Positions 1 to 13,613 of a DNA stretch of 64,000 bases are shown here, piece after piece. Both the position numbers and the translations under genes were made by a program. The stretch's first letter is position 1. Each line of letters starts with the position of its first letter. The DNA is from Felis catus. Taxonomy: Eukaryota. The stretch spans positions 102,364,001 through 102,428,000 of the forward strand of contig NC_058373.1 of NCBI RefSeq assembly GCF_018350175.1, read 5' to 3'. The notes beneath the pieces are model-generated. The model worked only from the letters and a program-made list of their open reading frames with translations. It searched no databases and had not been told where the DNA came from.

Positions 1-390
1 ATTGCCATGAATGACAATGCTTGATTCAAGGATGGGCATATAATCCAATTAGAATTGACGATCCTTAAAATCCTGTAAGTAAAGGTTTCTGGAAAAGAGA
101 AGCATTCACTCATGCCTTTGCTAACAGCCACCATGTTGCTAACTTTAGGGGAGCCATCCAGATGACCAGGCCATCAGGTATACATTCCCAGAGGGCAGTA
201 TTCACATGCACAAAAGATGCAGTCAACACCAGAAAAACCATCATGGTGCATTGTGGAGCCTTGATTCAAGATAGGCCTGAAACTCCCCACAGATTTTTCA
301 GTTAAATGTAGCCAGTAAATTCATTCACTTCTTAGGACAGTTTGAGTTTCCGTTCCGTCATTTGTAGCAACTAGTCCTTAACTGATGCAG
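1..390. mobile_element. Old MaLR LTR (MLT1-like) remnant
   Basis: Degenerate MLT1-like motifs (gcagccaccatgttgc, ttttcagttaaatgtagccagtaaattc, gtagcaactagtccttaactgatgca); subfamily not determined. Confidence 0.45.
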
Positions 391-685
391 TGAAAGTCTA
401 AGAGGAAATAAAGGTTTCTTTCCCATTCCCAACCTCCAGTATCACCCCCTAGAGATAATTGCTGTTATATATCTTTCAGACATTTGTTTGCACATATACG
501 TATAATGTATGCCTTTTAATGCAAGTAGGATTTTATTGTACATAGGGTTCCACCACATGGTTTTTGTAAACCTATGTTGTATTGTGGACATCTTCATTTG
601 TCGATGTATAATATTCTGCAAGTTGGATGTATCATCAGTTTAATCTATCTTCCACTGGTGGAAATTTATTTTTTTCCTCAATTTA

Positions 686-761
<76 letters not shown>

Positions 762-795
762 CTTATACACGCACATACACACACACACATATATA
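686..795. repeat. Compound microsatellite (GT)10(AT)12(AC)9 followed by a degenerate AT/AC tract
   Basis: Read directly from the sequence. Confidence 0.95.
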
Positions 796-3700
796 AAGCT
801 TTTTGCATATATGTAACTGTATCCAAGGAAAAATCCTAGGAATGAAATTGTTCTTCCAAAGAGAATGTACATTTAAAAATTTTCCCCTCAGAATGATTAT
901 ACCAATTCATACTTTTCTCAGAAACACCTGAGAATGTTTCTCCTCATCATTGCTAACAGTATTTTGTCAAATTTAAGACATTCTGCCAGTATGATAGTGA
1001 AAAGTAGTATTGTTTTCTTGATTTGCATTTATTCCATGAGTATATACACATAGAGACCCATACATGTTTAGGCTCTTTTATGCATTTGTTAACTATCGTC
1101 CTATAAATTTCCCATTTCACATCCTTTTTCTGTTTTTTTTTTTTTTTTATTTGGGTCATTTGTTTACCTCATTGATTTGTTTTATATATTAAGAAAATAG
1201 ATCCTTTTATCATAGGTGTTTTAAATTAAAATTTTCTTTAATGTTTATTTATTTTTTGAGAGAGAGTGTAAATGAGGGAGGTGCAAAGAGAGAGGGAGAC
1301 ACAGAATCTGAAGCAGGCTCCAGGCTTTGAGCTGTCAGCACAGAGCCCGACACGGGGCTTGAACTCATGAGCTGTGAGATCATGACCTAAGCCAACGGCC
1401 GCTTAACTGACTGAGCCACCCAGGCACCCCATCATACATGTTTTAAATATATTTTTCCCAAGATTGTTGTTTGTGCTTTAACATTACTTTATTTCTTTAC
1501 TTCTTTTTTTTTCCCTAAGTATAGCATTTCAAGCATACAGGAAACAGGAAAGAATTATATAATGGAGCACCTACGTGCCCACTATCCTGTTTTAAAATGT
1601 TACCATTTTGCAATATTTGCCTCACCTTTTTTTTTCTTTAAAAAAATAAAATGTTACAGATTAATTGAAGCTTCTTTTATATTTCCACTGATCTGGTTCC
1701 TGTCCATCTCTCTCCAGAAGTAATCACTGCCCTGAAGGCAACGTGTATGTTTTTGGAGACTATATATCTTAAAAAACCCCTTGCATGCACCGAAGGTTTA
1801 AATATTTTCTTGTCTCTCAGAAAAAAAAAAGACAGCAATAACAATTGATTGTTAATAGTTGTTCTCAAGTGTTACTAGAATTTGCAGACATCTTTCTAAG
1901 AGACATTAATTTCACATTATTGCAATAAGAAGGCTTGCAAAGATCCCATGAGAAGCTGTTCACAAACTGTGCCAGCCTTCTGATTAATGTTGCTAATAAA
2001 ACAGAGAAGAATCTGCCCGTCAAAGTTGCCTCAAATGAGGTCACTGAGTTATGACAGGATATATTTACTATAATTTATTTTTACCCCAGAAGAGGTTATT
2101 TTTAAAAAGGCTGTAATCCCTCTTTCTGCTCATTTTGGAACAGACATTAGTTGGGGTCAAAGCCCTTGCGTCTGTTTCCATAAAAGGTGAGCTTGTGGGG
2201 GTTGGGTGTGTTCAGATCTGCTTGGACATATGAAAAATGAAGAAATTTCATAAGTAGAGTGATGAAATCAATATGGTTTTGTTTGAACATTGTTGCAGAA
2301 AGAATTAAAAGACACTTTAAAAATCTTTGAATAACCTCTAGTCTTTTGATATTCTGAAACATATCTTCATTGCTTATTTTTAAAAGAATCCAAGTTAAAC
2401 TTAGCCTAAACAAGGGAGTCACCTATGATTTTGACAAGCACTTTAAACGGTATACTTCTGGGGCACCTGGGTAGCTCAGTCAGTTAAACGGCCAACTCTT
2501 GATTTCAGCTCAGGTTATGATCTCACAGTTCATGGTTTCAAGCCCTACCTTGGGATTCTCTCTCTCTGCCCCCTCTCCCACTCATGCTCATTCTTTCTCT
2601 CTCAAAATAATTTTGTAAAATTGTAAGGTTTATATCAATTGCATGATGCTGTGCATATCATTCTGCAATTTGCCATGGTTGTTCCATGATGACTTCCAAA
2701 TTTATCCATGATGATACATATAGATTGAACTTTTCATTTTAACTACTGAATTCTATTCCCTTTCATGAATTTATCTCTCTATTTTATATTTTTTTAATGG
2801 TTTATTTATTTTTGAGAGAGACAGAGTGCAAGTAGGGGAGGGGCAGAGAGAGAGGGACACACAGAATCTGAAGCAGGCTGCAGGCTTTGAGCTGTCAGCA
2901 AAGAGCCCAGTGAGGGGCTTGAACCGACGAACTGTGAGATCATGACCTGAGCCAAAGTGGGACACTTAAGCAACTGAGCCACCCAGGCGTCCCGTCTTTC
3001 TATTTTAAAATCAATGAACATGTAGATTATTCCGTTTTTCTTCTAGTAAAAATAATGCTGCATTTGAACATATCTCCTTGTGCACATGGCTAAGAATTTC
3101 TCTAGTGTATCTAAGAGGGACCCTGCTGGGCTCTGAGTCCTGCATACCTCCTCATTGAATATTGCCAAATTTCTCTTCAGAATGGTTGTATCATATAGTT
3201 TATACTTTTCCCAGCAGTAAATGAAGGTTCCTCTCATGAGGACTCTCATATCCTTTCTGTCTCTGGCATTTTTGTTTTAGAGTTGTACGAATTTGATAAT
3301 AGTCTAATTTATCAAACACATAGGCCTTATGACCTATGTGGTGTGTGTGTATGTTGTTATGTTTAGAGGTTTTTTTTTTTTTGTTATGTTTAGTTTGGCA
3401 GTAAAGGGTTATTGCAAATACCGTTTTGCTGTTAATTGTGTCTCCCAATGATGAAACTGAAAAAGAATAGTGCTAATAGTCCAGAAATCTGGTAATCCTG
3501 CAGCATGATTCTATCTGGATTATACAACACTTTGCCTGGCTAACAGTAAAGTTATGTAAATTCAGAAAATTGTGATTGGGAAACTGTGCTAACCACTGTT
3601 CATTGAGAGGTTTTTGCTCACTGCACGGAGCTGAGTTATGTAATGCAGTATTATTAACTGTATCAGGTCCTGGGTAAATAGTTAATCTGGAGGGTTCCAG

Positions 3701-6009
3701 GACTAATGTTTCTTTTCCCCAATCTTCCGTGTCCTACTTCTTTTGAATAGTGTTCACTTTCTCTTCCTTATGATCAAATCTTAAAGTTTCAGGAAAGTCC
3801 TAGACGTAACAAAGTTTAGGCTAAAAATTTTTGCTGTGTAAGCTTATCCGGGGCATTAAACTTTCTTATACCATCCTAGCTAAAAATAAACTAAAACTCC
3901 AAACCAGTAGGGTAACCAGATGTGACATCTGCTGAGCCGTCCTGTATAAATAAGCAATAAATTACAGAGTGAACAAGGAATTTGGCAGGTGTGGTAAATC
4001 GGGAATGGCTTTTTGACATAAACTGATATTTTTACTTCTGGAACAATCAGAAGCATTTTCTTATTTTACACATTCAGTCTTTTTAAAATAAAACATTGTT
4101 TCATAACAGTATAAAATCTAACAACAGTTTATGATACTATCTCTGGGTAGGTGGGGGCTTTTTTCTTTCACCATCTAAATGTCCCTAAATGGAGAATTCT
4201 TGCCTCAAGATGTACATTCTACCAAATTATATGCGAAAAATTTTTGAAAAGAGCCCAACTAGTTTAAGAAAGTTTACCTTCTGCATAAGCAAAGTTATTT
4301 TGTTTTTAATACTTCATGGTTTTTAGAGGGTGGTCAAGTTTATCCCCTTTGGCCCACACCTGGGTTTTTAATAAGAGTTTAAAGAAAACAAATAAGTCCT
4401 CACTCAAGACACATGGAAAGACATCCCTAGTTTACATAGCCTTCTCAGACTCTTATGGTGAAGTATTCATAGTCCTATCCCCTCCACAGTAAACTCCAAG
4501 GTGCTCTTGGAGACAATTGTGTTGCAATATCTCCCACTAATTGTTACCTTTGGTTATTTAATTATTGGAGCTCACTGTTTTCATAAATCTGTGCCTGCCA
4601 TTCACCTTCCATCTGACTCCCTGATTCCTGACTCCTACCTTCTAGGTCAGCTCTCAGGTGAAGTGGGTAGATCAGACCCAAAGACGGAAATGGCTGCTGC
4701 TTTCGATGACAGAGATGCTGGGTTTAGAGCAGCTGCTTGGGAAGCAGGCATTTGTTCTGAGCAAGAAGGCCAAAGCTTCTCAAGGCCACTACTGTCACAG
4801 CCTGGGAATAACATTCTATGGGACATGTAGTTGGTTTCAAGATTGATTTTAAAACTCTTTTTTTCTGAATGTTCAGACTCCATCATTAATAGCTGTTAAC
4901 AGACATTGTCTTTTGTCCCCTTTATTGCATTCTTACAGAACTAGTCATTCTAAAGAGAGAGCGTGAGAGAAAGAGAGAGAGGGGGAGCACAGCATGAGTG
5001 GTGGAGAGGCAGAGAGAGAGAGAGAATCCCAGCAGGCTCCACACTGTCAGCTCGTGGAACCCAACACAGGGCTTGATCTCACGAACCGTGAGATCATGAC
5101 CTAAGCCAAAATCAAGAGTTGGATGCTTAACCAACTGAGCCACCCAGACCCCTAAAAATCTTTGTAGAGGAGATGCGGTTACCTGTAGTTATTCATTCAG
5201 TTGCTAAGAGACTACTACCATAAAATACTGCTTTGTAAGTAGTAAAGCCTAGACCAAAGATCTAGATATGAAGAGCAATTAGTATATTAAGGTCTCTTGT
5301 TTGTAGTTCCTACTAGATGCTAAATGGTTAATTTATTAGCTTAAGAAAGATGCTTCACTGCATTATAACTGTCAAGGAGTGAAAATATTGGCTAGAAGCA
5401 TTGGCTGAAGCTATGTGCCTGCCGTGAAATCTTCTATATATAAAGTATAAATATCATATCATATCATATCATATCATATCGGCATAAGGCCCTTTAGGAA
5501 GTCATTAGGGATCAAAGACAAAAACCACTTAATACAACAACATATGTATTAAGATACAAGTTAATTACTTGTCCCTGTTTCCGACATTACCACGAGTAAT
5601 TTTTCTTCTCAGTGCATATTAACTATATTTTGAAGGAAAAGGTGTGTAACATAACCTTTGAGTCCCGAGAAGAGCAATTTCAGTCAATACATTCAATGTC
5701 TTAAGCTGCTTGTGTTATCATCTTCAGTGATAATACAGAAAAAAGTTGATACAGCCTCTCTTTCACATCTGGAACTTATAAATCAATCCTGTTCAGGAGT
5801 ATGCATCTCTCCGCACTCACTAATAAACTTACAGCAGCTCATGCTTGGTATTAATCTCTTCCTAATTAGAGAAGCACACGTTACAGATTTATCATTCTGA
5901 AGGAGAGCAAAAGGGTTTAATCTGTTTCTCTGATCCTTTCTGCTTTACTGTCCATTAAGCAACACATGTTGATTGTACAGCTTGTTATCCAGAGTAAGGA
6001 CGAGGTGAT

Positions 6010-6190
6010 AGAATAACATGGGATTTGGAGGAACATGGATTTGAGTCTGGGCCTGTAAGTAGCTGTGTAACTTCTGGTACTTTACCTAACCTCTCTGAGC
6101 CTCGCATTCTTCATCTGTAAATAGAACCATTCCAGTTACCTCACGAGGGCGTTGTGATGATTAAATGAGTGATACGTGGGACAAGCACCA
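6010..6190 (+). mobile_element. MIR SINE remnant
   Basis: ggatttgagtct...agctgtgtaac...tttacctaacctctctgagcctc...ttcttcatctgtaaaatag core typical of MIR. Confidence 0.7.
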
Positions 6191-6449
6191 CAAAAATGTC
6201 CTTTAAAAACTTTTATTTATTAAAAATTTCAAGCATATTCAAAGATTAAGAGAAAAGGTAGGACCCTCATTACCTACCACTCAGCATCAACAATCATCCA
6301 CTTGTGGTCAATTCTGCCCATCTATACTCCACTTGGTGTCCCCCACCCCCAAAAGCAATAGTGAAATTCCAGGTATCAGTATTATTTCCATCCTTAAATA
6401 TTTAAGTACATGTGTCTAAAATGTAATTTTTAAAAAGTTTTTTATAACT

Positions 6450-6620
6450 TCCCTGTTCAATATGGCAGCCACTGGCCACATGTGACTAAGTTTAAACATA
6501 AATTCATTACAAGTGAATAAAATAAAAAATTCATTTCCTCAGTTGCAAATAGCCACACGGAGAGTGCAGATATAGAACCTTTCCACCACTGCACACAGTA
6601 TTATGGACAGTATTGATCTA
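6450..6620. mobile_element. hAT-Charlie MITE (MER3/MER33-like)
   Basis: ctgttcaatatggcagccactggccacatgtg ... ttatggacag termini resemble MER3/MER33. Confidence 0.55.
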
Positions 6621-6819
6621 CAAGTCTCTTTCCCCTCTGTTTTATTCTTTGAAATTTAATTGTTGGAAAAAAAAACCAAGTCATTTGTCTTATAGAATGT
6701 CCCACACTCTGGATTTTTTAAAATTGAATTTCCATGGTGTCATTTAACATGTTCCATGGTCCTCTGTATATAATTGATGGTTAGAGCTAGTGACTGAAAA
6801 GCTGTTCACCTGTTTTGTG

Positions 6820-7010
6820 AGCTTGAGTTCCACTGGATGACCTTGAGCACATAATTTGACCTATGTGACTATCAGTTCTCTCATATATAAAATGGGAACA
6901 GGAGCAGTACTTATACCTTAGGGCTCTTGTGAAGATTAAATAAGATAATTAATATAAAGTGCTCAGGCTGGTGCATGGCACATAGTGTGGATTAAATATA
7001 TATTATTTAT
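6820..7010 (+). mobile_element. MIR SINE remnant
   Basis: tgaccttgagcac...tcagttctctcatatataaaatggga...gtgaagattaaataagataat...taaagtgctc motif. Confidence 0.7.
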
Positions 7011-7134
7011 TACTTATGTTATTCTACTTGTATATGAATCAGTGATTCTCAAATATTGGTTCCAATATGGTCCAAAGAAAAGCTGTATTTGTAACAAGTT
7101 CTTGATGATTCTCATGAAGTTGTGGTTTTAAGAA

Positions 7135-7460
7135 ACTGATGGCTTTGTGCTATGTCAACTTGACTAGGCTGAACTTCGGTCCCAAGAATTTTCTTTCTAG
7201 TATGCTTCCTGTTAGAGGGGATGACAAGTGATCCCCTCTTGCCAGAATTGGAGAAGGGAAGGGAGGCAGCAGCCACTTTGTAGCATACAAACATCTTCTC
7301 CCACTTATTCAATCAAACATAATTTAGGTGCTATTATGAAGAGATTTTTGTAGTTGTAATTAAAATCCCTAATTAGTTGACCTTAAATTAATCAAAAGGG
7401 AGACTGTCCTGGGTAGCCCTGACTTAAATTAATTGGAAGGTTGTTATAAGAAGGCTTAGT
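7135..7460 (+). mobile_element. ERVL LTR (MLT2-like) fragment
   Basis: tgatggc...tatgtcaacttgactaggct start and a taatttaggtgctattatgaagagatttttgtag segment resembling MLT2. Confidence 0.55.
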
Positions 7461-7679
7461 CCGGGGCACCTGGGTAGCTCAGTCAGTTGAGTGTGTGACT
7501 TCAGCTCAGGTCATGATAGCGCGATTTGTGAGTTCGAGCCCCGCGTCAGACTCTGGGCTGACAGCTCAGAGCCTGGAACCTGCTTGGGATTCTGTGTCTC
7601 CCTCTCTCTCTGCCCCTCCCCTGCTCATTTTCTCTCTCTCTCAAAAATAAACATTAAAAAAAAAAAAAGAGGGCTTAGT

Positions 7680-8145
7680 CCAGGCTCAGTCGGCTTCACT
7701 GGTGAATTCTATCAAACATTTAAAGACAAATTAATACTGTTTTTGCACAAGCTCTTCTAAAATATGGAAGAGGAGGGAACACTTTGCACCTTATTCTATA
7801 AGGCCAGTGTTAGCATGCCAAAAACAAAGACATCACAAGAAAGTTAGAAAACAATATATCTAATGAATATAGATATAAAAGTTCTAACAAAATACTAACA
7901 AAATCTAGCAACGTAAAAAAAGAATTATACACTATGACCAAGAGAGCTTTCTTCCAGAAATGCAAGGTTGGTTTAATACATGAAATGCACATATTAATAG
8001 AATAAAGGGCCAAACCACATAATTATTTTCATAAATTCAGGAAAAGCATTTGATAGAATTCACTGATGTATCATAAAAGCAACCAATAAACCAGGAATAG
8101 AAAGGAACTTCCTCAACCTAGTAGAGGACATCTACAGAAAACTTT
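7680..8145 (+). mobile_element. Old L1 ORF2 fragment
   Basis: ccaggctcagtcggcttcactggtgaattctatcaaacatttaaaga corresponds to the L1 ORF2 PGPDGFTGEFYQTFK motif; continues to gaaaagcatttgata and ggaacttcctcaacct. Confidence 0.8.
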
Positions 8146-8298
8146 CTCTGGGGAACTCACACTTTCCTTTGTTCTTCCATTTGAAATATTATACTTATAC
8201 CTGGTTCTTTGTGGGGAGGTCAGGGATAGCCCAGTGTCTGGGTCTGGACAGGTGAGACTATCTTCTAAGTGGGCTTCAGTTTTAAGAAGTCCTCTTGC

Positions 8299-8516
8299 GG
8301 GGCGCCTGGGTGGCGCAGTCGGTTAAGCGTCCGACTTCAGCCAGGTCACGATTTCGCGGATCCTGAGTTCGAGCCCCGCATCGGGCTCTGGGCTGATGGC
8401 TCAGAGCCTGGAGCCTGTTTCTGATTCTGTGTCTCCCTCTCTCTCTGCCCCTCCCCCGTTCATGCTCTGTCTCTCTCTGTCCCAAAAATAAATAAACGTT
8501 GAAAAAAAAAAAAAAA
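8299..8516 (+). mobile_element. Young felid-type CAN-SINE with TSD aagaagtcctcttgc
   Basis: Near-identical to copies at 8728, 11058, 13408, 14535, 15676, 31234 and 61400; perfect 15-bp flanking direct repeat. Confidence 0.95.
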
Positions 8517-8727
8517 GAAGTCCTCTTGCTCACAGCTATATGCCATATTATCTACTGTAGTCTTTATTAATAATAAAGGTGATACTTCTGGGCACCTGGC
8601 TGGTTCAGTTGGTGGCAAGTGAGACTCTTGATCTCGGGGTTGTGAGTTCAAGTCCCATATTGAGCATAGAGTTTATTTATATAAATAAACAAACAAACAA
8701 ACAAACACGTTTTTAAAAAAGGTGATG

Positions 8728-8953
8728 TGGGGCGCCTGGGTGGTGCAGTCGGTTAAGCGTCCGACTTCAGCCAGGTCACGATCTCGCGCTCCGTGAGTTC
8801 GAGCCCCGCGTCAGGCTCTGGGCTGATGGCTGGGAGCCTGGAGCCTGTTTCCGATTCTGTGTCTCCCTCTCTCTCTGCCCCTCCCCCGTTCATGCTCTGT
8901 CTCTCTCTGTCCCAAAAATAAATAAACGTTGAAAAAAAAATTAAAAAAAAAAA
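8728..8953 (+). mobile_element. Young felid-type CAN-SINE, TSD aaaaaaggtgatg
   Basis: Intact CpGs, poly(A) tail, flanking direct repeat. Confidence 0.95.
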
Positions 8954-11057
8954 GGTGATGCTTTGATTCCTGTCAGTCCCTAATACTTTATACTCTGTGT
9001 TCTCAGTTGATTCAGAATCAGGGCATGAGAGACGGATGATGGTTGTTGGCCGCCTCAAAGACTCCAGCATGAGGCAATAGAAGGAATAATTTTAAAAAGT
9101 TTTAGGCATGCACAATAGTAATCCCTATAGTAATGATTAGAATCCTAGACTTATTTCAAAAGTTGGAAATACTGCTAGAGATCGTTTTGCAGCTAGCTTC
9201 TAACCCCTGGAGATTAAGTAATGTGTACAAGACTATCCAGTCATCTAGTAACATATCAGAACTAGAATCCAAATTTTCTTTCAGCCTGCCACACTTTCCA
9301 CCACACCCTGTTGCTTCCTTAATATGCTGAGATAAAAAATGTTTTATCATCTGCTTCTCTGAAGATTAGAATTTTGTCATTGCTGCTATAGATAAAGAAA
9401 GAAATGCAATTATGTTAAATAATTTCCCTGTAGTAATAGGGCTTATCAGAGGTAGCACTGGAAATGAAAAATACTACTCTAATTTTAGTTCAAGGCTGTG
9501 CTGATGAGATCATTTTTTTTTCTGTCAAAATGCCAAACTGAAATAAATGGGAGAGTGGTACATAGTGGAAACACAATCGCTGTGGCAGGGTCTTTAGTTC
9601 ATATGTTAATTCAACTGATGATCTCTGGTTCCTTTCCTAGCATGATGTCATGGTATGTTATGGTATTAAAATTTCCTCCTGAAAGAATAGAAGGAAATAA
9701 GTAGAATGGGGTGTTAACTGCCTAACTCCAAAACCTGTGATCTTAATTAACCATGATGTTTACTGCCTCTCCAAATCTGTAAGGTGCACAGGCAAATGTT
9801 TAGACAAAAAATGAAAGTTGAGGTGAATTTCTAAATGCAATTAATTTATGTTATTCATAAAAATAATAGAACTTAGTACTTGGCTATTACAGCTCTCTTT
9901 AAGTAATTGTCCCTGCAGATCTATTGGTGGAAATGCAATAATGTTAAAAATCCACATTAAACCACCAAGATAACAGCAGATGCTCTTTGTTAGTCAGGCC
10001 ATTACTGTTTGATTTTCTACAAAATCTACAAATGAATTTGACTTTGATTTGCTACAAAGAGATCTTTAATCTTACCTGATTTCCATGCTGAGAAGTCATT
10101 CATTCATCAAGTAGTTCTTGAGTATCTTCTGTGTCTCAGGCACTGTTATAGGCACTGCGGGTAGAGTTATAAATAGAACTAAGTCCATGATCTCATTGAG
10201 CAGAGAATGTTATAAAATTTTTTAAAATTTATTTATTTTTGAAGGAGAGAGAAACAGAGAGGGAGCAGGGGAGAGGCAGAGAGAGACAGGGGAAGGTGAG
10301 GAGGGGAGACAGAATCTGAAGCAGGCTCCAGGCTCTGAGCTGTCAGCACAGAGCCCAACGCGGGACTCAAACCCACAAACCACGAGATTGTGACCTGAGC
10401 CCAAGTCAGACGCTTAACCGACTGAACCACCCAGGCACGTCTGGGCAGAGGATATTATAAAGCAATAAACAAAATAACATCCCTTATTTGCTGCTGTTAG
10501 AGATAGGCATAACTCTACTCAATAAAAACAATGGTCAAATAAGTTTGGGAAATAATGTAACTATAGTCTCTTCTTAGTGCTTGAAATTATACAAACTTAT
10601 TAAAGTCCCAAAGGTATTAGACATAAAAGCATCTGTTTAACTCTAGTTCTCTGACTTATTTGATCATTTAAACTTTTTTTTTTCATTTTTGAGAAAGCAC
10701 TTATTAACTTCTTGTGGAATTAATATTTCGAAGAAACCAGTTTTAGAAAATACCAAACTGTAAGAGCTCTTTGTGTTGTTTTGGTTTTATAAATGTTCTA
10801 TGATTCTCTTATCAGTTGTAGTTCTTATTTTTTTAAGTTATTTATTTATTTATTATTTATTTTTGAGAAAGAGAGTGAGCAGGGGAGGAGCAGAGAGGGA
10901 GAATCTCAAGCAGGCTCTGTGCTGACAGTGCAGTGGCAGGGGCGGGGGGTGGCTAGAACTCATGAAACTGTGAAATTGTGACCGGAGCCAAAATCAAGAG
11001 TCGGACGCTCAACTGACTGAGCCACCCAGGCACCCCCTGACTTTTCATTTTAAATAT

Positions 11058-11281
11058 TTCTTTCTTTCTTTTTTTTTTCAACGCTTATTTATTTTTGGGA
11101 CAGAGAGAGACAGAGCATGAACGGGGGAGGGGCAGAGAGAGAGGGAGACACAGAATCGGAAACAGGCTCCAGGCTCTGAGCCATCAGCCCATAGCCTGAC
11201 GCGGGGCTCGAACTCACGGAGCGCGAGATCGTGACCTGGCTGAAGTCGGACGCTTAACCGACTGCGCCACCCAGGCGTCCC
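11058..11281 (-). mobile_element. Young felid-type CAN-SINE, TSD ctgacttttcatttta
   Basis: Direct repeat at 11037 and 11281; lies immediately next to an older SINE (10845-11036). Confidence 0.95.
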
Positions 11282-13407
11282 TGACTTTTCATTTTATATG
11301 GTTACATTTTGGAAGGCATAAATGGACCTGCACTAGCTCAAATACATAATAGTAATAATCAACTATATTATAATAAGAGTCAATATATTGCACATACTTT
11401 TTTCTCACCATTTCCAGGTTGATTTATCTCTCTAAACCACTATAACTTTTTGAAACTTTTAAATTATAAAATAAATAGAAGCATACAGAAACAGAAAAGA
11501 AAACAAATATAGACCTTAGTGAATACTGTGGAACATCCTTGTAGCCACAACCCATGTCAAGAAACAACTTTCCCAGTCATCTCAGAAGCCTCCCCCGCCC
11601 CCCACATGCTCTATACAATTCATAGCCATTCCTCTTCCTCCAAAATGACTACTGTCAAAAAACAAACAAACACGGGCACCTGGGTGGCTCAGTTGAGCCT
11701 CTGACTTCGGCTCAGGTCACGATCTCACGGTTCATGAGATCCACGTTGGGCTCTGTGCTGATAGCTCAGAGCCTGGAGCCTTCTTCGGATTCTGTGTCTC
11801 CCTCTCTCTTTCTCTGCCCCGCCCCCACTCATGCTGTGTCTCTCTCTCTCTGTCTCTCAAAAATAAACATTAAACCAACAAACCACTATCCTGACTCATA
11901 GTGATCACTCTCTTGCATTTCCTTACATTACAGTTTAGTCTCGCCTGTGAAAAGAAAACACCTTGTTACTTTTTTACATCTCTTTTAAGCTACAGGCTCT
12001 CCTCCACCCTTTCCTTTCCTCATACTTTGTCTGTTGTAGAACTCACTCTGACACATTTTGCTGATTGCACACTCCTGATTTAGTTTCACATGTTCCTGTG
12101 CCTTTTGTGTTTCCTAGAAATTGGCAGGTGGATCCAGAGGTTTCCTCAGGCTTAGATTCGTTTCCTTTGTGTTCTTTTTTCAGGAAGTCTGGTTTTCACT
12201 CATTCTTTTTTTCTTTTTGATGTTAGCAGCCATCGATACTCAATATTTAGATTTATTAATGGAAGCTTGCAAAAAGATAATAATCTATCCCTACCATTTT
12301 GCTTTCATGAATTACTTTGAAAGATTGTATAATGAGATGCACCCCTTCATCTACTATTTGGTTATCCAATGAAACGGTTTATTATAGAAAAGGCAGGGAA
12401 AATGTTTGAGTTTCCTCTTTTATTTCCCCAGTAACAAATTGATTCCCTGTCATCTTTCAAAAATTAGGTTTTTTAACTCTTATAATGAACTCATGGACTT
12501 AAACATATTAGAGGGATTTCAATCCATTGCAATTCTTATCGTTATTGAAGCTCCAACTTTGGCTATGGGTACTCTTCAGATTGGCTCCTTGGACATGATC
12601 CTAATAGTTGTTTTTTTTTTTTTTTTTTTTTTTTATGGCTTTCTTAATAGCTGATATGTCAAGATATTCCATCTTCCTCTCCAGACCTCAATTCCTGGAA
12701 TTAGCTGTTTGGCCAAGGACCCTTGATTTCTTTCAATGGGAAATATTTCAAGATGAGAATGTAGTTGCTGTTTCTAAGTCTCTTTAGTGGAAGTGTATCT
12801 ATCTATCTATCTATCATAGATAGATATTTATATATATTTATATTATTTACATGTAGAGATATGTATGTAAATATATAGATATATATATATTACCTGATGA
12901 GTTCATACTAGTATTTGTATTTTTTTAAGTTTACTTATTTATTTTGAGAGAGAGAGAGAGAGAGAGACAGAGTGCATGAGCAGGGGAGGGGCAGAGAGAG
13001 AGGGAGAGACAGAGAATCCCAAGCAGGCACTGTCAACACAGAGCCCGACACAGGGCTCAAACCCATGAACCATGAGTTCATGACCTGAGTCAAAGTTAAG
13101 AGCTGGACACTTAAACAACTAACCTACCCAGGTGCCTCTAGTATTTCTATTTTAAATTCACAACTACAATGTTTTTACCTAACCTCTTTTGTGTTATATC
13201 TTTATCTCCTGTCTTTCACACCAAAACCCCTGTTTCTCAAGGTAACAGGGAGAGATAGAATATTCCATAATTCTGTAATATCCCAGAATTACAGTACTAA
13301 TACTACTACGGACTATTAATATTACTTATATCACCACCAATTAGTAAAAAAATTAAAATTTATATATGCTATCTCCATTCACCTCTCATTTTAAAAATGA
13401 TTGGGGA

Positions 13408-13613
13408 GGGGCGCCTGGGTGGCGCAGTCGGTTAAGCGTCCGACTTCAGCCAGGTCACGATCTCGCGGTCCGTGAGTTCGAGCCCCGCGTCAGGCTCTGG
13501 GCTGATGGCTCAGAGCCTGGAGCCTGTTTCCGATTCTGTGTCTCCCTCTCTCTCTGCCCCTCCCCCGTTCATGCTCTGTCTCTCTCTGTCCCAAAAATAA
13601 ATAAACATTAAAA
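13408..13613 (+). mobile_element. Young felid-type CAN-SINE, TSD ttaaaaatgattgggga
   Basis: Consensus-like sequence with flanking direct repeat. Confidence 0.95.

Noticed and set aside
4501..4886. Overlapping 109-aa (+) and 79-aa (-) ORFs as a coding exon
   Set aside because: No recognisable homology, the longer ORF has a non-ATG start, and there is no convincing paired splice signal.
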